NCBI GenBank assembly: GCA_963764625.1 | Contig: CAVXTH010000005.1 | Span: 256,001-320,000, forward strand | Source of the DNA: Candidatus Krumholzibacteriota bacterium | GTDB lineage: Bacteria; Krumholzibacteriota; Krumholzibacteriia; JAJRXK01 | Length of the DNA: 64,000 bases | Direction of reading: 5' to 3' | Shown: positions 1 through 11,113 of the stretch, piece by piece | Layout: each line of letters opens with the position of its first letter | Position numbering within the stretch: the stretch's first letter is position 1 | Made by a program: the position numbers and the translations under genes | The notes under the pieces: model-generated | What the model was told of the DNA's origin: nothing | The model's input: only the letters and a program-made list of their open reading frames with translations | The model's database searches: none

Positions 1-52
1 GCAATCGAGTCTTGAGACGCACCGAGGTCGCGCTTTGGGCCGTCGTCTTCAT
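1..52 (-). CDS. 5' end of a gene running off the window (MKTTAQSATSVRLKTRL...)
   Basis: ATG at 52-50, preceded by AGGAG/AAGG just after the DUF4159 stop; frame open to the window edge. Confidence 0.45.
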   Translation of the reverse strand, partial: MKTTAQSATSVRLKTRL

Positions 53-66
53 CCTTGGATGCGCTC

Positions 67-783
67 CTAGGGCTGAGTCAATGCGTAGATGCAGACGTTG
101 ATGGCCATCTTCATGGCCGCCTCGCGCTTCTGTGGGGGATCTCCATGCACGCTGGGATCTTCGAGGCCATCGCCGATGTCGCTGCTCCAGCTGTAGTAGA
201 TCACCATCCTTCCGCCGCGAAAGAGTCCGAAACCCTGGGCGGGATCCCCATCGTGATAGTGGATCTTCGGTAAACCGGGCAGGGAGTAATACGCCCGGTA
301 GATCGGGTGTTTGCTGCTCAAGGGCACCAGCTCGTCGTCGGGATAGAGCTGGGCCACCGTGCGCCGGAACGAGCGGTCGAAACCGTAGTTGTCATCCACC
401 CACAGGAAACCGCCCGCATCGAGGTAACGGCGCAGGCGCGCGAGGTCTTCCTGCGAGAGCGCGATGGTGCCGTGGCCGGTGGCGTACATGAAAGGATGCG
501 AGTAGAGACGCTCGTCGTCCAGGGTCACCGTGACCTCTTCCTCGGTGGTGGGCAAGCCGGTGCGCACGCGCAGCTGCTCGAGCAGATTCGGGAGCGAACT
601 GGGGTCGGAATACCAATCTCCCCCGCCGGTGTAGTGCAAACGCGCCACCGTGAACTGCCCGAGATGCTCGGGAGCTGAGGGATCGTCGATCGCCGCTCCC
701 GCCGGCGCGGCGGCGATGAGCGACCAAAGCAGGCAGACTCCCCCCACCCAATTGCGGAGCCGGAAAGAGAGAGGTCGTGGCAT
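67..783 (-). CDS. DUF4159 domain-containing protein (secreted)
   Basis: Signal peptide then ARLHYTGGGDWYSDP, PFMYATGHG, LRRYLDAGGFLWVDDNYG, LPKIHYHDG and DIGDGLED motifs. True start is the ATG at 783 within ORF 67..1176. Confidence 0.9.
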   Translation of the reverse strand: MPRPLSFRLRNWVGGVCLLWSLIAAAPAGAAIDDPSAPEHLGQFTVARLHYTGGGDWYSDPSSLPNLLEQLRVRTGLPTTEEEVTVTLDDERLYSHPFMYATGHGTIALSQEDLARLRRYLDAGGFLWVDDNYGFDRSFRRTVAQLYPDDELVPLSSKHPIYRAYYSLPGLPKIHYHDGDPAQGFGLFRGGRMVIYYSWSSDIGDGLEDPSVHGDPPQKREAAMKMAINVCIYALTQP

Positions 784-883
784 CAGCTCTCCAGTGGGCG
801 CCCCGGTCCCGGGGGTGTCAGGGCCATAGAGGGGAAATTCCCTCTCCATACCCTTACGAAGGACCGTCTGTTCCAGCCAACCC

Positions 884-3800
884 CTACCCCTGAGTTGGAT
901 AGTAGCGCGGCAGCTCCACCACGGCGGCGGCGCCCTGATGGTCGCTCCGATTGGCCAGATGGATGCGTCCGCCCATCTTTTCGGTGAGATTCCGGCAAAT
1001 GACCAGACCCAGCCCGGTGCCATAGCTCTTGGTGGAAAAATAGGCGTCGAAGAGGCGTTCCTCGGCCTCGGGAGAGATCCCAGGGCCCTCGTCGACGACC
1101 TCGAGCTGGATCCTCTCACCCGCCACCGAGGCGGTGATCTCCACTTTCCCGGTTTCGCCCATGGCCTGCCAGGCATTCTCCACCAGGTTCGTGAGGATCT
1201 TCAGCATCGCCTCGCGGTTGGCGAGTACGTGGAGTCCTTCCCCGCCGTGGATCCGCAGCTCGTGGCTCCCATCCGGCGAGGGATACAGCAGAAAAACTTC
1301 GTGCAACAGGTCGCCCAGCTCGACAGCCTCCAGCTCGGGCAGATCGGGACGGCCGAGCAGACTGAACTCCGAGGCGATCTCGCGAAGGCGTTGCACCTGA
1401 CGCTCGATCTGCTCGACGCTGTCATCGACGATCTGTAGTTTCCGCGGATGGTCGTCGTGGCACGCCTGCCTCACCATCTGTGCCGCGAGCTGAATGGGCG
1501 TCAGGGGATTCTTCACTTCGTGCGCCACCTGCCGCGCCATCTCGGCGTAGAGGGCCAGACGGCGGCTCGAAAGCAGTTCGGTCACGTCGTCGAAGAGTAC
1601 CAGCCAGCCCGCATTTCCCGCCTCGAGTTGAATGGGAGAAATGACGGCCCGCAGAGTTCGGGGAGCATCGTCACCGGTGAGCACCACCTCGGTGGAATTG
1701 GTCTCGGCCAAGAGTTCCTGCCCTCTCAGTTGCGCCAGGAGTTCTTTCTTCTCCGCTTCCCCGAGCTTCCGCGCCGCCGGATTCGACTCCACGACGCCAA
1801 GCTCCGTGTCCAAGACGAGCACTCCCGCGCTCAAGCCACCCAACATGGCTTCCAGAAACGATCGGCGCGCGGCCAAACTGCGTTGGCTCTGCTCCAACTC
1901 CCGGGTCATCAAATTGAAGGAATGGGTGAGCTCACCGATTTCGTCGTCGCCCTTTTCCGGCAAGCGCACGTCGAGCTCTCCCGCTCCAACCCGACGGGTT
2001 GCGCCCAAGAGCACCAGAATGGGGTTGACGGTGCGCGCGGCGAGGTACAGGCCCGCCGCGGTAGCCAGGAGAAACGCGAGCGAGGAAAGCCCGAACAGAA
2101 AGAGATAGCTGCGCCGTTGTTCGAGGGCGGCCACCGTGGCTTGGGTGAAGAGCCGGCCCGCCAGTACCCCGCGGCGCTTTTCGCCCGGTCCCGGCACGAT
2201 GGTGTAGGCGCGTGCCACCACCAGTCCCTGGCCCGGCTCGGTGGTAACGTAGCGAGGACTGCCACCACGACGCAGAAGACGCTGCGCATCGGCCGGAAGC
2301 ACGGGAACGATGAGGCCGGCTTTGAACAGATCGTCCCGGCTGCTGACCACTGCCCACGCCCCGTCGAAGAGCGTGAGATCGGCTCCCACCGTGCGCGCGA
2401 CTCGCCCAAGATCATCGTCCTCGATCCGGCGCCTCAGATAGATGGAGTAGGTTTGATTCTCCGTCCCCGGTTCCTGATAGAGGCGGCCGAGGTACCAACC
2501 GGTGGAATCGTCTTCGAGAATCAACACCGCGCCGGAGAGAAGTTGCAGGAGACGGTGCTCCTGGGTGGGAAGAAGTTCGCGGCCGCTTTCGTCGTAGATC
2601 ACCTCCCCGGAGGGATCGAAGATGGTGGCCTGATCGCGCTCCTCGCCAGCGACCGAGGTCTGCTCCCCCAGCTCGCCCGTGGCCAAGAGAGTGTGGATGG
2701 GACCGGAGTCCATCCGTACCCGCAGAGCGTCGTCCAGGCCGTTCGCCAAAAGCCGCAAGCGCGGTGTCCAGACGACGCGTGACCTCTTCCATGTTCGAAC
2801 GACGCAGGTTTGCCGACGCCCTGCGACTCTGGAACACCCCGAACACGATCACCGGCAACAGCACGAGCACGACCATGGCGCCCAGCAGCCGTTCCTGGTA
2901 ACCCAACCGGCCCAGGGATGAGGGCCAACTCGAGCTTCCTGGACGCAGGGCCACCGCCACGAGCAGGCACATGAGGCCCAGGGCGCCGGCGACGAGATAG
3001 AGCGCGACCAGGCGTGTGGCGTCCAGCAACCTCTCGTTGGCCGTGGGAAGCGCGAACGCCACCACGAGCTTCTCGCCGTCTTCCCCCACGATCCGCGCCT
3101 GGTAGGGAGTGCCCTTGCGTCGGACCTGGCGCCAGGAACCATCCTCGGCCAGGGCGGACACCGGAAGTCCCACCAGCACCGGATCGGTGGCGGCGATCAC
3201 CGTCTTTTCCCCCATCCGCCCCATGATGACCGGCTGCTCGAACTCCTGGCGGGGAGAGAGCAGGTCCCGTCCGGTGGCGAAGCCTAGGGCACTCGGGCCG
3301 CCGGTGGGTTTGAAGTCGACCGGCGCCGCCGGATCGGTGGTCCCGTAGGGCAAGTCGACGCGGAGCCAACTTGCGTCGCCGTTGGGGAAGAAATACTTCA
3401 GGTCCAGCCAACCGCGGTACACGAGGAAGGTGCCGCGCGCACTCTGGACTTGCACCGTGCTTCACCCCGAAGGGCTCCTCTCCGATCGGCCTTAAGGAGG
3501 GTATGACCACCGGCTGCGCCTGGTAGGGCAGACCCAGATCGAAGTCGCTCAGCACCTTTCCCTTCGCATCGAGCAACACGATGTGCGAGCCGTAGCCCAG
3601 GGCGCTGAGACTGCTGCTACTCGCCCACAACTCGAACGCGACGTTGCTGCGATCGAGATTCGGATCGGCCAGCCGGCGTAGTTGGACATTGTCCTGCGAG
3701 AGTTCGCGCAATAGCTCTTCCACTAGAACTCTCCGCCAGTTGTCCCTGGGATGCAGACGGTCCAGCGCGCGCTCGGTGGCCACCGTCTCCTTCAGCCCGC

Positions 3801-5445
3801 GGTAGACCTGGCGCAGTCCTTCCGCCTGCGCCGCGCTCAACCACAAAATGAGACCCAAGGCCGCGACCACGCGTACCGAGAAGGAGGGATGCTGCATGGC
3901 CCGCGAAACCGAAACCGCCAGGATCGGCAGGAGGAAAGCCCAGAAAGCGCGCGAGCTACCGCCGCCAAAGAGGAGAACCGCCACGGCCAGCAGCAGGCCC
4001 GCCGCCAGGGCCAACAGGTGCCGGGAGCGAAAGCCGCGCAGCCAACGCTCCCAGCCCAGAAACACGAAGCCCACCGGAGCCAACAGGGCGAGTAGCATGG
4101 CCCAGTGGAGCACTTGGAACGGAAAGGTGAAGAAGGGCGCGTCCAGACCGATGAGTTTGGGATTGGCATTCTGGGCCACGACTCGCTGGAGAGAGTAGAC
4201 CCAAGCCATGGCGCCGCCGCTGAACATGAGGAGAAGAATCATCCCCGTCCACTTGCGCGCCTTCGATTCTCCTTCGCGCAGGAAGTACAACCACGAAGGC
4301 AAGAGCAGCAACAACAACAGCGCCAAGGCCAAAGAGGATACGAAGAAGTCGAGCACGCTGCGCAGAAAACCGAAGCCCCAGGTGGTTGCGAAGTAGGCCG
4401 GTTCCAGAAGCCAATGCATGGGTCCGTGCTCGGTCGCGAACGCGAGATGCAATACCTGCGCGCGATCGATTCCAAAGCGGAACAGAAGCAGCAGCACGCA
4501 CAGGATCGCCGCCGTCAGCACGCTCTTCCGATCGACGCGCCTCCCACTCCAGCCGCGCCAGGCAAGGGTGGTGGCGAAGAGGAACGCGGTGAGCAGAAGG
4601 ATGGCGAGAGAGCGACCCTCGTGTTCGAGGACCATCCGCCTCTCCTCGCGCGCGCCGGGCGCCGTGAGAATCACCCACGCCCAGGGGTCCTGCTCGGGAA
4701 CGGCGACGACGCGCTGCAGAGAGCCGGTGATCTCCTCTGCATTGGGGGGAGAGGCCCTCAGGCTCACTTCCAGTCCGGTCTTGCCCGAAAGCAGACGACC
4801 CGGATCGATGCCGACTCCGAGGCGGGGAAAGAGTTCCCTGGTGATCCCCAGGCTCACGTCCAGGTAGGTCACCTGCCCCAGGGAGTCCTGCGCGGAGACG
4901 GTGAGATAGCGCCGGAATCCGTGATCGACGAGCAACGGCCGTGGGCCGGGCGGTACTCGCTCGGGACCCGGCACCTGACCCGCCCAATCGACGATGTGGC
5001 CATCTTCCCAACGGGAGATTCCGATTTCCAGGTCCAAGGAAGCCAGGCGGAGCGAGCGCGACAAGAGCTGCAGGTCAGCATCCGGGAGCAATGCCTGTTG
5101 TGCCCGGGCCCGGGCATTTCTCTCCAATTCCAAAAGAGAGGCGCGAACCCGTTCGGCGCCGGTGTCCAGTCGCGTTCGCGCGAGTCTGAGCCACACCGCG
5201 TCTTCACGCGAGGCGACGCTCGACAGCCTCAGACCCATGAAGGAAGCGAGCAGGAGCAGCGCGACCAGGGTGAATTTGAGGAGCATGGTTCCGCGCGGTA
5301 TTCTCTTGCGGCCGCGCAGCCACGAGAGCGCCGCCAGCATGCTGAAGACGAGGGCGGCGGCCGGCCAGGCCACCACCTCACCCGTAGTGGAGAGAAGAAG
5401 GGCGCCGAGAGCAAGGACGACCCAAAGGGGAAAGGTTCGCACCAT
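884..5445 (-). CDS. Very large (~1520 aa) multi-TM HAMP sensor histidine kinase, NtrY-like; two +1 frameshifts (~3460, ~2760)
   Basis: H-box MARQVAHEVKNPLTPI, N-box NLVENAWQA, G boxes DEGPGI and GTGLGL, HAMP (DEIGELTHSFNLM). The N-terminal TM-rich part is spread over ORFs 2599..5445, 2412..3455 and 884..2758. Confidence 0.85.
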
Positions 5446-5476
5446 CAGTAGCTCACTCCGCGGCTCCTACCTTCGC

Positions 5477-6016
5477 TCAGGGAAGAGCGCGTAATTCAGC
5501 CACTCGCCAATCGCGTTCCGCCCTCCGGAGACTGATATAGAACCGGCGCACGCTTGAATTGTCCAATTCTACTTCCAGAACGCCGTGAGCGTTGTCAGGG
5601 TCCTCGAATTCCTGAGGACACTGACACTCGGTCTTCTCGACCGAGTGCTGTGCGAGGAATGCTTTCCACAAGTAGAACACCTGTTGGTGGCTGCGCAGGG
5701 GTTCCTCGTCTTCGGCGGAGGTGCCGCTTCTCGGAGGATCGAGCTGGAAGAGGATGTCGTCCTCGTCCATGAGAGCCGTCGCCTTCTCCGCGTTTCCCTC
5801 GGTCAGAGCCACGCCGAGTTCGCGGAAGGTCTTTTCGGCCGCCACGGCCAGAGGACGCAACTCGGGCGCCATCTTCCTGGTGGGCGCAGTCACGCGCCGA
5901 AGGGGGGCGCTGTCGCGCCGCGTCACTTTGGCCTCTTTCGTTTGCGCCGCGGCGAGGGTGGGCAGAAGGAGCAGGGCGCACAGAGGGAGCGCGGTCGTTC
6001 GATGGGAGCGGAGCAT
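5477..6016 (-). CDS. Secreted NTF2-like protein, DUF4783-like
   Basis: Signal peptide (AAA|Q). The pattern ALTEGNAEK...SHQQVFYLWKAFLAQH...W resembles DUF4783. Confidence 0.55.
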   Translation of the reverse strand: MLRSHRTTALPLCALLLLPTLAAAQTKEAKVTRRDSAPLRRVTAPTRKMAPELRPLAVAAEKTFRELGVALTEGNAEKATALMDEDDILFQLDPPRSGTSAEDEEPLRSHQQVFYLWKAFLAQHSVEKTECQCPQEFEDPDNAHGVLEVELDNSSVRRFYISLRRAERDWRVAELRALP

Positions 6017-6106
6017 GGGCCCTCCACGGATGGAAGTGACGGGGCGGCTTCAAGAGAATAGCATTCCCGCACCGCAGTGGACACTGCTTCGCCGAATTTG
6101 GGCACG

Positions 6107-6141
6107 AAAAGGGCCGCCCCGAGTTCTCGAAGCGGCCTCTT
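6107..6141 (-). terminator. Intrinsic terminator after secF
   Basis: Minus strand GGCCGC-UUCGAG-AA-CUCGGG-GCGGCC followed by CUUUU. Confidence 0.7.
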
Positions 6142-6162
6142 GAAGCGAGCGGAAGGAAGCTC

Positions 6163-7095
6163 TCAGGCCAAGGCGCCGCGCTTTCCCCGCTTACGATCGG
6201 ATGAGCGCCACCGATACCACAGAATTACCAGTGGGCTCGCCACGTAGATCGAGGAATAGGTACCCACGACCACCCCGACCGTCAAGGCGAACGCGAAATC
6301 GTGGATCACCGCGCCGCCGATCAGGTACAGAATGAAGGCCACGAAGACTGTGGTCAAAGAAGTGATGATCGTGCGACTGAGAGTCTCGTTGATGCTGCGA
6401 TTGACCACCTCTTCGTAGCTCTCCTTGCGCCGCAGCCGCATGTTTTCGCGAATACGGTCGAAGACGACGATGGTGTCGTTCAGGGAGTACCCGATGATGG
6501 TCAAGAACGCGGCTACGATACTCAGACTGATCTCCTTGTTCATCAACGAGAAGAGTCCGAGAGTGATCAGGACATCGTGCACCAAGGTGAGCACCGCTGC
6601 CAAGCCGAAGTGGAACACGAAGCGGAAGGTGATGTAGATCACGATGAGAATCAGGGATACGAAGATGGCATTAGTGGCGCCCTTGCGCAGCTCCTCCCCG
6701 ATCTTCGGTCCCACCGTCTCCTCGCGGCGAAGCTCGACCTTGTTGTCGGGAAGAGCTTTCGCGAGGACTCCCTGCACCGTCTGGTGATCTCCGGTCACGG
6801 CCTGCGCATCATCCAACTTGTCCACGTAGATGAGAACCTCCTCCGGACCGCCGAAGGTCGTCACCTGAGACACCTTGATCCCGCTGGCCTGGAGCGCGCT
6901 GCGAACCTGGGACACCTGCGGAGCCGGCGTGATGCGGACCTCGACGATGGAGCCGCCCCGGAAGTCGATGGACAGAAGGGGCCCGTGCTTCACGATCAAG
7001 GAGACGACACCCGCCAGGATCAGCGCGAGGGAGATTGCGGCTGCAATCTTCTTCTTCCCCAAGAAATCGATGTGCTTATTGGTCAAAAACTGCAT
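6163..7095 (-). CDS. secF: Protein translocase subunit SecF
   Basis: IDFRGGS, VGPKIGEEL and GYSLNDTIVVFDRIREN motifs. Confidence 0.98.
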   Translation of the reverse strand: MQFLTNKHIDFLGKKKIAAAISLALILAGVVSLIVKHGPLLSIDFRGGSIVEVRITPAPQVSQVRSALQASGIKVSQVTTFGGPEEVLIYVDKLDDAQAVTGDHQTVQGVLAKALPDNKVELRREETVGPKIGEELRKGATNAIFVSLILIVIYITFRFVFHFGLAAVLTLVHDVLITLGLFSLMNKEISLSIVAAFLTIIGYSLNDTIVVFDRIRENMRLRRKESYEEVVNRSINETLSRTIITSLTTVFVAFILYLIGGAVIHDFAFALTVGVVVGTYSSIYVASPLVILWYRWRSSDRKRGKRGALA

Positions 7096-7108
7096 GGTAG
7101 CCGTCCCC

Positions 7109-8845
7109 CTAAATGCTCAGCTTGCGGGGCGTTCTTCCCTGCAGCCAGAAGTCATAGACGGTTCGGGTGAAGATCAACGCGGAGAACATGCTGGTCAGAA
7201 TCCCGATGCTCAGCGTGACGGCGAATCCCTTGATGGGGCCAGTCCCGAAGTAGTACAGCACCACGGCGGCGATGAAGGTGGTGAGGTTCGCGTCCACGAT
7301 GGTGCGCGTGGCATTCGCATACCCCGCGTCGATCGAGGCTCGCACCGACTTTCCTTCGCGCAATTCCTCTCGGATGCGCTCGAAAATGAGTACGTTCGCG
7401 TCGACCGCCATCCCCACCGTCAGGATGATCCCCGCGATACCAGGCAGAGTCAGGGTGAGGTGCAACTGGGCCAACAGTCCCATCAAGAGCAGCAGGGTCA
7501 CGAACAGCCCAAAGGTCGCCAACACCCCCGCCACGCGGTAGTAGACGATGATGAAGATCACGACCACGATGAAGCCCAGGATGGCCGCGTTTACTCCCTG
7601 TTTAATGGAGTCTCGTCCCAGGCTCGGCCCCACGGTGCGCTCTTCGGCGATGCTGACATCGGCGGGAAGAGCACCGGCCCTGAGCATCAGAGCCAGGTCG
7701 CGCGCCTCGGCATCGGTGTTGAAGCCACCGGAGATCACGGCCGAGCCGTTGGGAATACGCGAGCGGATGTTCGGTGCGCTGATCACCACGTCGTCCAACA
7801 CAATGCCGAGCTTGCGTCCGACATTGGCGCCGGTCACGTTCGCGAACTTGATGCCGCCGCGGCGGCTGAAGCCCAGATTCACCATGAGAAGCGGCGGCCG
7901 ATCGGGATCGGGAGAGACCCCAGCGTTGCGCACTTCGCCTCCGGTGAGCTCGATCTTCTTGTCCACCAGATAGAGCAAGTAGGCTGGACGGCCGTCGTTG
8001 CCGGTGAGCTTCTCGCTGCCCCACAGGAACTCGGCGTCACGCGGCATCATGCGCTGGGCCGCCGGTGTATGGAGCAGGGCGTCGACCCGGTCCTTGTTCG
8101 GCTCGGTGACCGGAAGTCCTCCCCGGTTCTTCAGGAAGGGCCCCATGAGAGAGGTGAGAGGGTGCTGCTTCTCCCAGTCGTCGACTGAATTCTCCGTCTG
8201 GTCCTCCCCGCCGAGATCGGTGAGGAGATCCCCCTGGGAGCTGTCCGCCTTGGCGACCTGCCCGTTCGCCTTCGAGGCGGTGGAGTCGGGGGCGATGGTC
8301 TGGGTACCCCCGTTCTCCTGGGCGGCAGAGGTCGAATCGGCGGCCGTCTCGCTTCCCGTCAGAACCCGATCCAAACGAGCCAGAAGACTGGTGATGTCTG
8401 CGCCTTCGCGAACCATGCGGAATTCGAGACGCGCGGTGCGGCCGATCAGCCGCTTCGCCCGCTCAGCATCCTGGAGCCCGGGCAATTGCACGATGATCCG
8501 GGAGGTTCCCTCGCGGCGCACATCCGGTTCGGAAACCCCGAACTGGTCGATGCGGTTGCGGAGGATTTCCAGCGTGCGCTTGATCGCGTCCTCGGAGGTG
8601 CCCTGCTCGACCGTGCTTTGATCCACGTCGAGCACGAGGTACATCCCGCCCTGGAGGTCGAGTCCCCGCTTGATTGCGTGGGCATGGAGCTTGTCCAGCT
8701 TGGCCACTCCCTTCGGAGTGGCGGCGAGGGACGTTTCGGTCTCGGCGCTCATGCGGCTCAGCTGGAGAGTGGGCCAGAGGTTGATCGCGGCCCAGATCGC
8801 CAGCACCACGATGAGGGCGGCCTTGATCTGTAGTGATCGTTTCAT
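7109..8845 (-). CDS. secD: Protein translocase subunit SecD
   Basis: GLDLQGG, RIDQFGVSEP, LRAGALP and GMAVDANVLIFERIREE motifs. Start is ATG 8845. Confidence 0.98.
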   Translation of the reverse strand: MKRSLQIKAALIVVLAIWAAINLWPTLQLSRMSAETETSLAATPKGVAKLDKLHAHAIKRGLDLQGGMYLVLDVDQSTVEQGTSEDAIKRTLEILRNRIDQFGVSEPDVRREGTSRIIVQLPGLQDAERAKRLIGRTARLEFRMVREGADITSLLARLDRVLTGSETAADSTSAAQENGGTQTIAPDSTASKANGQVAKADSSQGDLLTDLGGEDQTENSVDDWEKQHPLTSLMGPFLKNRGGLPVTEPNKDRVDALLHTPAAQRMMPRDAEFLWGSEKLTGNDGRPAYLLYLVDKKIELTGGEVRNAGVSPDPDRPPLLMVNLGFSRRGGIKFANVTGANVGRKLGIVLDDVVISAPNIRSRIPNGSAVISGGFNTDAEARDLALMLRAGALPADVSIAEERTVGPSLGRDSIKQGVNAAILGFIVVVIFIIVYYRVAGVLATFGLFVTLLLLMGLLAQLHLTLTLPGIAGIILTVGMAVDANVLIFERIREELREGKSVRASIDAGYANATRTIVDANLTTFIAAVVLYYFGTGPIKGFAVTLSIGILTSMFSALIFTRTVYDFWLQGRTPRKLSI

Positions 8846-8997
8846 TCCGTTTTCACCCAACTGGCACTGGAAATGAGGTCCGCGCCCTTAGGTATTGGTT
8901 GATGCCGTGAGAATCAGCCGGGCACACCCGGCCTCAGCGAGATCCGGGCGGAGGCGGCCTTTTGGCAAGGAGTTCCGTCTGCGACCGAAACCCAACA

Positions 8998-9025
8998 AGT
9001 ATAGCCGGGGCACTCAGCCTGTCAA
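8998..9025 (-). promoter_or_regulatory. Sigma70-type promoter for secDF
   Basis: TTGACA (9025-9020), 16-nt spacer, TATACT (9003-8998). Confidence 0.75.
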
Positions 9026-9040
9026 CGGAGGCACTGAGCT

Positions 9041-10210
9041 TCAGGACTGCGGAGTGCTCGCGATGATCTCGCTCAGAAACACCGGTTTGACGTCCTGAGG
9101 GTCCAGTTGGGGCAGGATTCGCTCCAACACCCGCGCCGTAGCCGGCCGGGGATGGCCGATTCCCACCGCGGTTCCCTTGCGGCGGGCCCGCTCGATGAGC
9201 CGCTGCAGGCGCTGTTCGATGACGGCGGGATCCTCCACGTCGAGGTCCAAGAAGAGGTCATTGCGCAAGGCGGGCACCTTCTGTCGGCGCGCCGTCTGGT
9301 AGGCCACCGAATGGGGAGTGGTGAGGCTATCCAGGAAATACAGGCCCCGCTCGGCCAGCACTTGCGCCACCACCTCCATCCCCTCGGGATGCTGGGTGAA
9401 TTCGCTGCCCATGTGGTTATTGACGCCCTGCACCCCGGACAGGCCGTCCAGCGCGCGCTCGAGGCTGCGGCGAATCTCCTCGCGACTCATGTCCACCATC
9501 AGGGCCAACGGCCCCGGACCGGGGGTCGAGCCGGCTACCGGCTCCATCGGCATGTGGAGGATTGTCTCCTTCCCGGCGCGATGCGCCTCGCGCAGCACCC
9601 TCAGGCTGGCCGGTCGCTCGGGAAGAATGGCTACCGTGATGGGCACCGACAGAGCCAAGAGTTCGCGCACCGTGGCATTTAGATTGTGCCCGAAGTCATC
9701 CACCACGATGGCCAGACGGCCCTTGGGCGGAGGCGGGGGCTCGATCTCCGGCGCGCGCGGGCCGCGCCGGGCCAAGAGCCGATGACTGACGTACCCGCGC
9801 CCCCCGAGCCAGAGTTCGAGAACCGAGGAACCGTTCTGTTCGAAGCGTTCTCCCCTTGCGACCTCGCCCCCGGCCGCTTCGATCCGCCGGGTGACGGCCA
9901 CGTTCAGGTCGAAGAGATCACAGCTCGCACCGACCTCAACGCTCACGGGATGACCCGGTCGAGTGACGATGCTGTCCTGGGGAATGCCCAGGTCGAGAAG
10001 CCCCTGGCGCAGGCTGCGCTCCCAGATCGGGTCACAGTGCTCGCGGGCGCTTTGCACGCCCTTCTCCGCCAGCCAGATTTCTCCCCGATCGCTCTGCAGC
10101 CAGCTAACCGCGGCGCTGGCGGCGACCAGGATGAGCACCAGAGCGAGGAGCGTGAAGCGCAAACCCCGTGGCATTTTCTTTTTCCGGCGGCGCTTGGAAC
10201 TTGCGAACAT
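9041..10210 (-). CDS. Divergent polysaccharide deacetylase family protein (YibQ/DUF610) with N-terminal TM anchor
   Basis: LAIVVDDFG, ILHMPMEP, GVNNHMGS, FLDSLT and AVGIGHP motifs. Confidence 0.93.
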   Translation of the reverse strand: MFASSKRRRKKKMPRGLRFTLLALVLILVAASAAVSWLQSDRGEIWLAEKGVQSAREHCDPIWERSLRQGLLDLGIPQDSIVTRPGHPVSVEVGASCDLFDLNVAVTRRIEAAGGEVARGERFEQNGSSVLELWLGGRGYVSHRLLARRGPRAPEIEPPPPPKGRLAIVVDDFGHNLNATVRELLALSVPITVAILPERPASLRVLREAHRAGKETILHMPMEPVAGSTPGPGPLALMVDMSREEIRRSLERALDGLSGVQGVNNHMGSEFTQHPEGMEVVAQVLAERGLYFLDSLTTPHSVAYQTARRQKVPALRNDLFLDLDVEDPAVIEQRLQRLIERARRKGTAVGIGHPRPATARVLERILPQLDPQDVKPVFLSEIIASTPQS

Positions 10211-10316
10211 CGATGGGGGTTCTCCGGTGGGGTCTCAGAGCGCGCGGGGCCCAGCTCCACGCGCCGCGGGTTCGCGCTTTCTTAGCACAGGGTTTGCCGG
10301 TCCGTCCACGAACGAA

Positions 10317-10344
10317 GATGCCCCCGCCCAAGGGCGGGGGCATC
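10317..10344 (-). terminator. Intrinsic terminator hairpin after the lipoprotein pair
   Basis: Perfect inverted repeat GATGCCCCCGCCC-AA-GGGCGGGGGCATC. The minus-strand tail is UUCGUUCGU. Confidence 0.75.
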
Positions 10345-10376
10345 AGCTGCGGAATCCGGTGCGCGGATTCAGGGAA

Positions 10377-11006
10377 TCAGGCGCCCACATCCTGTCCCTG
10401 ATCCTCCCAGACCTTGATCTTGTAGATGTCCGGTCCGTCCGGCTGCGAGACTTTGATCACGTAGAAGTCGTTGTCTCCGGTGACCAGGGTGTACTGCGAC
10501 AACCCTTGGAATTGCACTTTGATGCCCACCTTGTAGCGCGCCTTCAGCGTTCCCTCGTAGAGCGGATCCGTGCCGGGATCGGTCCAGTCGATGATCTTGA
10601 CGAAGGTGGTGAACTCGATGCTCAGAATGGGAGGGATCGCTTCTTGGGTGATCAGATCGAACCCGGCGTCCCCGCGGAACATCGCGCCGGCCGAGTCGAG
10701 TTCATTTTGGCGACCCCAGCTGGGACCGATGAAATTGTCGAGCCCGTCGTTGGGATCGAAGAAGAACAGAAATTGATCGTCCAGAAGTTTCTCGTACTCC
10801 ACGATCGAGCGTTGCTCCCAGACGTTCTTGAAGTTCGCCATGAGACTATCCGGCGTGGTGGCGAGGCCAATGGGGCCGCCGGTGTCGGGCGGGGGAACCT
10901 TGCTCTCGTCGGGAGAGAACACGCCGCAGCCCATACCCAGCGCTGCGACGAGGAACAACAGGAGGACGGGAGTCAGTCGGCGACCGAATCGAGTTGAGGC
11001 AAACAT
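10377..11006 (-). CDS. Hypothetical lipoprotein (NTF2-like), paralogue of the next gene
   Basis: Lipobox-like GMGC and the pattern PDSLMANF...EYEKLLDDQFLFFFDP...WGRQNE. ATG 11006 is preceded by GGAGG. Confidence 0.8.
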   Translation of the reverse strand: MFASTRFGRRLTPVLLLFLVAALGMGCGVFSPDESKVPPPDTGGPIGLATTPDSLMANFKNVWEQRSIVEYEKLLDDQFLFFFDPNDGLDNFIGPSWGRQNELDSAGAMFRGDAGFDLITQEAIPPILSIEFTTFVKIIDWTDPGTDPLYEGTLKARYKVGIKVQFQGLSQYTLVTGDNDFYVIKVSQPDGPDIYKIKVWEDQGQDVGA

Positions 11007-11113
11007 GAGCTGAAACCTCCAATGAAGCGTCCTTGTGGACAGGATTGTAGCAGATCTCCGGGGACGACGCCATCGCCCCACGCAAGCTGAATCATGGGTC
11101 TAGCAAATGGGTG

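Noticed and set aside
6145-6162. GGAAGGAAGC resembling the SRP helix-8 motif
   Set aside because: No upstream CAGG and no enclosing helix; it lies between the secF stop and its terminator on the opposite strand.
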